A stretch of 64,000 nt of DNA from Sphingomonadales bacterium (GTDB taxonomy: Bacteria > Pseudomonadota > Alphaproteobacteria > Sphingomonadales > Sphingomonadaceae): positions 5,441-69,440 of the forward strand of contig JAXDPD010000003.1 in assembly GCA_034668505.1 (NCBI GenBank), in the 5' to 3' direction. Numbering within the stretch: the first letter of the stretch is position 1; every line of letters begins with the position of its first letter. The notes below the pieces were generated by a model that searched no databases, was not told where the DNA came from, and worked only from the letters and a program-made list of their open reading frames with translations. Below, piece after piece: positions 58,621 to 64,000 of this stretch. The position numbers were made by a program, and so were the translations under genes.

Positions 58621-59060
58621 AGAATCAGGCGCGACAGCTTGAGCGCCGCCTCCAGATAGGCGCGGACGTTCTCGGCGGCGGCGGCGGAGAGGCCGACCGG
58701 GGCGGCGCGCTGGTCCCCCTCATGGGGCAGGCGGACGAGCAGGCCGCGGCCGAGCAGGTGGGTCGCCCAGCGGTGCGCGGTGCTGCGCGGGATGCCGGCC
58801 GGGGCGCCGATCGCGGTCATCACCACGCCGCGCCCTTCGAGCCGAGCGGCGAAGGCGTCGAGCAGCAGCGCCCAGCCGACATCGCCGACCGCGGGCCGGA
58901 AGCAATCGTCGCGCAGCCGGCGCGCGGCGAGGATCGTCCGCACCGCCTTGGCATCCATGCCCGGCGGCCGGGTCAGCTCGCTCGAGACCCACGACAGCAC
59001 GCGCTCGATCCGCCGCAGCTCTCGGGTCATCTGCTGAAGGTTTTGCGCTCTGCCGCTCAT
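58617..59060 (-). CDS. MarR-like winged-helix DNA-binding protein
   Basis: WALLLDAF, GIPRSTAHRW, LLVRLPHEGDQR. Confidence 0.75.
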   Translation of the reverse strand: MSGRAQNLQQMTRELRRIERVLSWVSSELTRPPGMDAKAVRTILAARRLRDDCFRPAVGDVGWALLLDAFAARLEGRGVVMTAIGAPAGIPRSTAHRWATHLLGRGLLVRLPHEGDQRAAPVGLSAAAAENVRAYLEAALKLSRLIL

Positions 59061-59198
59061 AGAGAATCATCGATTAGCGCAAGTCGACGGCCATGAATAC
59101 CCGTTTTAGATGAATCGGAGAGACGGCGCCCTCGCGCCCCCGGGTTGAGCATCGCCGACCGGCTCGGCGTGCCCCGTCCCCGTCAGCCCGGCGCCGTG

Positions 59199-60836
59199 TC
59201 AGTCCTGGCAGACCTCGAAGCCGAAGCAGGCGTCGGTGTCGCCGTGGAAGCAGGCGTCGAAGCAGATGCCCTCGACGCGGATCTCGTATTTGCCGCCGGG
59301 GGCGCCGCGCAGACGGAGCACGAACTCGCGGCTGACGCAGGTGCAGGGCGCGATATCGTCGAAGCAATAAGGCCCGATCGGCACGAGCTGGATCGACGGG
59401 GTGCCGTCGGGGAGGTTGGGCACCGGATTGCCGTTCGCGTCGACGACGGCCAGTTCGTAGACGGTGAGGTTGGACAGGGTGAGGTTCGAATAAGGGTTGC
59501 AGACGGTGAGATACATGATCTCGGTATCGTCGCCCTCGATGCAGTCGCATTTGCTGTTGCCCCAGGTGATGTAGGTCTGGGGCCGGATTTCCGGGATCGG
59601 CAGCGGTTGGCATTGGCGTGGGGGAGGCGGCTCTCCCTTGCAGGTCGCCATCGAATTGTGCAGCTCCGCGCGGTCTTCCAGGGTCGCGTTGATCTCGGCC
59701 GCGAGCGTGCTGCATTGGTCGTCGCAATCGGGCGGAATGCGGGTGAAGGTGGGCAGGCCGAGCATCGAAAAGGTGTTTGGCGGGAAGACGAGGTTTCCGC
59801 CGCCCGCTTTGGTCGCCATCGGCTTGAAGAGCACGGCCGCCGCGGTCGCGGTGGCGTTGTCGGGGTCGCCGATCTCGAAAGGGGTGTGGAGCACCGAGGC
59901 CCCGTAGATCTTGCCGTTCGGGGCAAGCTCAAGGGCACCGATGCTGGCACCTTGGGCCGGAAAGCTGACCATCGCAATCTGGACGGTCGATGTGACGGGC
60001 GTCGAGCTTCCGCTCGCACCCATCGTGTGGCGCCTGATGCTTCCGGGCAACGATGTGAAATAGAGATACAGGCCGTTGGGAGAGAATTCGACGCCATAGG
60101 GTCGCTTGGTTCCGGTAAGGCCGGTAATCTGGGAATGGGCGGCGATGAGGCCGGTCGCGCGATCGAATTTCACGATATCGATGGTGTCTAGCGAAGTGAT
60201 CGCGAGCAGCGTTCCGTCCTGGGAAAATTTGACGCAGGATTTCGGAGCGACCGTGCTGGTGAACGGATAGGGTTGCGAGCTGACGGGGGTCGGACCGGCG
60301 TCGGAGGCAATCAGCATCGAGTGGAGCGTGCCCACCGCGGGCTGCGTGCCGTCGATATTGAGCGATATCACCCAATATTTGTCGCAATCCGCGTGCGACA
60401 CGGCGGCAAGCTTTTCGGCGGCCTGGCTCGGCCCGAAGCCGAGCGGGGCGGGGCCGGACGGGATCGAAACGGCGCCCGAGCCCGAGACCGAAACGGCGGT
60501 ATAGGTCAACGGCCCGACATTCGCCGGCCACTCACCCACCGCCAGGATATGGTAGCGCGCGCCTCCGCCAGCGGGCGGAACGATGATCGCCGAATGACAG
60601 GAATGGGGGCCGCCGCCCAAAGGCGAGGTCGACCCGTTGATCTGAACATGCGCGGCATTGTACAGATTTCTTCCGTCGGTGTAGAACAGCAGATTGCCGC
60701 TGGTATCGCTAATGGTCGCGCAGCCGTCATCCGTGACGAAGGCCTGAGGACTCATATCGACGGGATCGCCGCCATTTTGAAATGAGATGTGGCAATATGC
60801 GCCGAACGTCCAATGCCAGTTGCGCTTGCTCGCCAT
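59199..60836 (-). CDS. Beta-propeller protein with a Cys-rich C-terminal domain, no signal peptide
   Basis: NWHWTFG, GCATISDTSGNLLFYTDG, GVEFSPNGLYLY, LELAPNGKIY; 14 Cys in the last ~175 aa. Confidence 0.75.
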   Translation of the reverse strand: MASKRNWHWTFGAYCHISFQNGGDPVDMSPQAFVTDDGCATISDTSGNLLFYTDGRNLYNAAHVQINGSTSPLGGGPHSCHSAIIVPPAGGGARYHILAVGEWPANVGPLTYTAVSVSGSGAVSIPSGPAPLGFGPSQAAEKLAAVSHADCDKYWVISLNIDGTQPAVGTLHSMLIASDAGPTPVSSQPYPFTSTVAPKSCVKFSQDGTLLAITSLDTIDIVKFDRATGLIAAHSQITGLTGTKRPYGVEFSPNGLYLYFTSLPGSIRRHTMGASGSSTPVTSTVQIAMVSFPAQGASIGALELAPNGKIYGASVLHTPFEIGDPDNATATAAAVLFKPMATKAGGGNLVFPPNTFSMLGLPTFTRIPPDCDDQCSTLAAEINATLEDRAELHNSMATCKGEPPPPRQCQPLPIPEIRPQTYITWGNSKCDCIEGDDTEIMYLTVCNPYSNLTLSNLTVYELAVVDANGNPVPNLPDGTPSIQLVPIGPYCFDDIAPCTCVSREFVLRLRGAPGGKYEIRVEGICFDACFHGDTDACFGFEVCQD

Positions 60837-61039
60837 GGCCCACCCCCCGATTGTTCGTAAGTGCCGGGTCGCAAGAATCCTACCGCGCGAAAGCACGGTT
60901 GTTACTTATGTTTGCGACTCGACAGAAATATAGCGGGCGGAAGGATGCGCTCAATAATGGATAAGTCAAGTTTTGAAGCTTGATCTGTCCGATCGGGAAA
61001 TCTTGGCGCAGATGGGAGGTGCGAAGATCTTGCGTTCCG

Positions 61040-61312
61040 CTATTGCGGCGCCCGCACCGTCTGGCCGTCATTCTGGCCCTGGGTGACCTGGAGCGAGACG
61101 GGCAGGCTGGCTTTCGCCTCATCCTCCTGCTGCCATTGCTCCGCGGTGAGGCAGCGGCGCCGGGTCCGGACATGGCTGCCCAGCTGCCTTTCCCCGCCGC
61201 CGCGGCAGATCAGCTGCTGCTTGCCGGCGGGCGCGGGCGGGTCGGCCGCGAAGGCGCCGGCGGTGGTCAGGATGGCGGCCAGAGCGAGGAGGCCAAGAGA
61301 CTTGCCGGCCAT
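61040..61312 (-). CDS. Small secreted protein with an ICR...GS...RRCLTxxQW motif
   Basis: Signal peptide, Cys pair; GGAGA RBS. Confidence 0.75.
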   Translation of the reverse strand: MAGKSLGLLALAAILTTAGAFAADPPAPAGKQQLICRGGGERQLGSHVRTRRRCLTAEQWQQEDEAKASLPVSLQVTQGQNDGQTVRAPQ

Positions 61313-61384
61313 GATTCATCTCCGCGAGAGGGCTGCCCACCACGCGGCAAGGTGAAGCGCCCGCGCGGGCGAGTCAATCAGAGC

Positions 61385-62923
61385 CTAGAGGCAGGCCTCG
61401 AGATAGGGCTGGTCGAAGCCGAACATCTTGGCCTTCTCGAGCGTATAGGGCCTGAGGCCCATCGAGCGATACTCGCCGATGATCTTGCCGTCGGGAGTCT
61501 CGTCCAGATATTCGAACTTGAACAATTCCTGGGTGACGATGACGTCGCCTTCCATCCCGATCACTTCGGTGATGTTGGTGCAGCGGCGCGTTCCGTCGCG
61601 CAGGCGCTTGACCTGGACGATGAGGTCGACCGAATCGGCGATCTGGCGCGAGATCGCTTCCTTCGGCACCTTGATGTCCGACATCATCACCATGTTCTCC
61701 ATACGCGCCAGGCATTCGCGCGGGCTGTTGGAGTGCAAGGTGGCCATCGAGCCGTCATGGCCGGTGTTCATCGCGGCGAGCAGGTCGAAGCATTCGCTGC
61801 CGCGAATCTCGCCCAGGATGATGCGATCGGGCCGCATGCGCAGCGCGTTGATGACGAGGTCGCGGATCGAGATCGCGCCCTGGCCCTCGAGATTGGGCGG
61901 CCGGGTTTCGAGCGGCAGCCAGTGCGGCTGCTGCAGCCGGAGCTCGGCCGCGTCCTCGATGGTGAGCACGCGCTCGCCTGGGTCGATCAGCTTGGACAAT
62001 GCGTTGAGCATCGTCGTCTTGCCCGAGCCGGTGCCGCCCGAGATGATGACGTTCATCCGGCTGGCGCCGGCGATCTTGAGCACGGTCGCCATCTTCTCGT
62101 TCAGCGAGCCCCAGCCGCGCATCATGTCGATGGTGATCGGCTTTTCGGAGAATTTACGGATCGAGATGGCGGTGCCGCGCAAGGAGAGCGGCGGGATGAT
62201 GACGTTGACGCGGCTGCCGTCCTGGAGGCGGGCGTCGGCGAGCGGCGTGGTCTGATCGACGCGGCGGCCGACCTTGTTGACGATGCGCTGGGCGATCTGG
62301 AGCAGATGCTCCTCGTCGCGGAACTGGATCTGGGCGAGCTCGAGCTTGCCCTTGCGCTCGATATAGGTCTGCTGCGGGCCGTTGACCATGATGTCGGAGA
62401 CGTCGGGGTCGTTGAGCAATTCCTCGAGCGGGCCCAGACCGAGCAATTCATCGACCAGCACCTTTTCGAGCGCGAACTGCTCGCGGCGGTTGAGGTTGAT
62501 CTTCAGCTCGGCGAGCACTTCGCCGATGATCGGGCGGAACTCCTCGGCGAGCTCGTCCTTGGACAGGGTGGCGGCCGCCTCGGGGTCGACGCGCTCGAGC
62601 AGGCGCGGGAGGACCTGCTCCTTGATGCGGTGGATCGAGGCTTCGAAGCCTTCGTTCTTCGATTGGCCCTGCTCGCCCGACTGCGCCTGGCGGTCGGCCA
62701 GGCGGGCCATGGCCTCGGCGTGGCCGGCCGGCAAAGGCGTGGTGACGATGCCCTCGTCCTCGAGCGATTCGGGATCGATCGGCGGGAATTGGGCGCCGCC
62801 TTCGGCCTGCTTGGACTGGGCCGGGGCGGCGGGGCCCTTCATCGGCTGCGCCGTGCCGAAGCTCGGCCGGCCGCCGCCGGAGCCGCCGCCATTCACGCCA
62901 TTGCGTCGTCCAAATGCACTCAT
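61385..62923 (-). CDS. cpaF: Tad pilus assembly ATPase CpaF/TadA
   Basis: LGLGPLEELL, DARLQDGSRVN, GGTGSGKTT, LRMRPDRIILGE, MNTGHDGSMATLH. Confidence 0.93.
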   Translation of the reverse strand: MSAFGRRNGVNGGGSGGGRPSFGTAQPMKGPAAPAQSKQAEGGAQFPPIDPESLEDEGIVTTPLPAGHAEAMARLADRQAQSGEQGQSKNEGFEASIHRIKEQVLPRLLERVDPEAAATLSKDELAEEFRPIIGEVLAELKINLNRREQFALEKVLVDELLGLGPLEELLNDPDVSDIMVNGPQQTYIERKGKLELAQIQFRDEEHLLQIAQRIVNKVGRRVDQTTPLADARLQDGSRVNVIIPPLSLRGTAISIRKFSEKPITIDMMRGWGSLNEKMATVLKIAGASRMNVIISGGTGSGKTTMLNALSKLIDPGERVLTIEDAAELRLQQPHWLPLETRPPNLEGQGAISIRDLVINALRMRPDRIILGEIRGSECFDLLAAMNTGHDGSMATLHSNSPRECLARMENMVMMSDIKVPKEAISRQIADSVDLIVQVKRLRDGTRRCTNITEVIGMEGDVIVTQELFKFEYLDETPDGKIIGEYRSMGLRPYTLEKAKMFGFDQPYLEACL

Positions 62924-63029
62924 CGCTTCGCCAACCCCGCAAAGGTCTTACGTCGGGCTCTCCCGGATCAGGGTGGTGAATAAGGCGGAAACTTTGACAA
63001 AGGCCTAACCGGGACCGCATCAGTTTCCG

Positions 63030-63935
63030 GTGAACGCCCCGACAGCCCGAAGCGCCCTGCTCCTCGCCCTGGGCGGTTTCGTGTCGCTGTCGATCGGCGA
63101 TGCGGTGGTGAAGTCGATGGCCGGCGCCTGGCCGGGGACGGCGGTGGCGGCCCTGCGCTACAGCTTCGGCGCGCTGGCGCTGGCCGCGATCGTCGCTGCG
63201 CTGCACGGCCGGGCGGGGTTCCGGGTGCCGCGGCCGCGCCTGCAATTCGGGCGCGGCGCGGCGGTGGCGCTGGCGACGATCTGCTTCTTCATGGGGGTGA
63301 TGGCGATCCCGCTCGCCGACGCCACCGCCATCCAGTTCACCAGCCCGATGCTGACCGGCCTCCTGTCCGTGCTGGTGCTTGGCGAGCGGGCGCCGCGGGC
63401 GGTCTGGGGCGCGACCTTGTTGGCCTTTGCCGGCGTGCTCATCGTGCTCCGACCCAATCTGCTCGCTCTGGGCCCGGCGGCTTTGTGGCCGCTCGGGGCG
63501 GCGTTCGGCATGGCCTGGCTGATGATCTTCAACCGCAAGGCCGCCGGCCTCGCGCCCGCCGTGGCGATGCAGCTGCTGCTGGCGATGATGGCGGCGCCCC
63601 TGCTGGTCGCGGCGGCCCTGCTCGCGCACCTGAGCGGCGCGCCGCATTTCCGAATCCCAGCGCCCGACGCGGCGGTCGTGCTGAAATGCGCCGCGGTCGC
63701 GGTCTTCGCGACCTTCGGGCATCTGCTCATCTATGCGGCGACGGTGCGGGCGTCGGCGGCGGTGGTGGCGCCGATGACCTATGTCCAGCTGGTTGTCGCC
63801 ATGGCTTTGGGCTGGGCCTGGTTCGGCAACGCGCCGGACCTGCCGATGCTCGGCGGCGCCGCCCTGATCGTCGGCGGCGGCCTCCTGCTCTGGCGCTCGC
63901 AAAGGCCGCGCGAGGTGCCCGAGGTGCCGGACTGA
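63030..63935 (+). CDS. DMT/EamA family transporter
   Basis: About ten TM helices; [24 protein letters not shown]. Confidence 0.88.
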   Translation: MNAPTARSALLLALGGFVSLSIGDAVVKSMAGAWPGTAVAALRYSFGALALAAIVAALHGRAGFRVPRPRLQFGRGAAVALATICFFMGVMAIPLADATAIQFTSPMLTGLLSVLVLGERAPRAVWGATLLAFAGVLIVLRPNLLALGPAALWPLGAAFGMAWLMIFNRKAAGLAPAVAMQLLLAMMAAPLLVAAALLAHLSGAPHFRIPAPDAAVVLKCAAVAVFATFGHLLIYAATVRASAAVVAPMTYVQLVVAMALGWAWFGNAPDLPMLGGAALIVGGGLLLWRSQRPREVPEVPD

Positions 63936-63945
63936 GCCTCGGAGC

Positions 63946-63971
63946 GGGGACAGTTACTGGTAACTGTCCCC
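63946..63971. repeat. Family D palindrome
   Basis: GGGGACAGTTAC-TG-GTAACTGTCCCC, 10 bp after the DMT stop. Confidence 0.92.
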
Positions 63972-64000
63972 ATTCATGCTCGGCAGCTCAGCCCTCGGCG

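Overview
High-GC alphaproteobacterial chromosome segment; gene content and repeat families point to Sphingomonadaceae (inference). It is mostly housekeeping: a type II secretion cluster (gspC-D-E-F-G-L-M-N, with no gspH/I/J/K), a fused-type 5-oxoprolinase with DUF969/DUF979/DUF2891, a sigma54-driven psp operon, bkdA1-A2-B, two RTX-type Ca-binding proteins around a TonB receptor-phoD pair, an AceE-like dehydrogenase, PBP1A, wecB, cysQ, alr, a phaA/phaC-like/phaR locus and a lone cpaF. No tRNA, rRNA, CRISPR array, integrase or transposase was recognised. The best candidates for undescribed biology are: (1) a lower-GC three-gene cassette at about 19.8-22.3 kb in which a Sec signal peptide is fused directly to only the last ~32 residues of an Rhs core plus a variable C-terminal domain, followed by an overlapping exported immunity-like gene and an exported transglutaminase-like (Cys-His-acid) protein; (2) a 2TM + STAND-like P-loop + helical-repeat protein (NLR/Avs-like defence candidate) next to a duplicated phaA 3' end; (3) at least four REP-like palindrome families, three copies of which are translated in frame inside proteins (GspG leader; twice in oxoprolinase); (4) a signal-less beta-propeller fused to a Cys-rich domain. 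All family assignments come from motif recognition by eye, not database searches.
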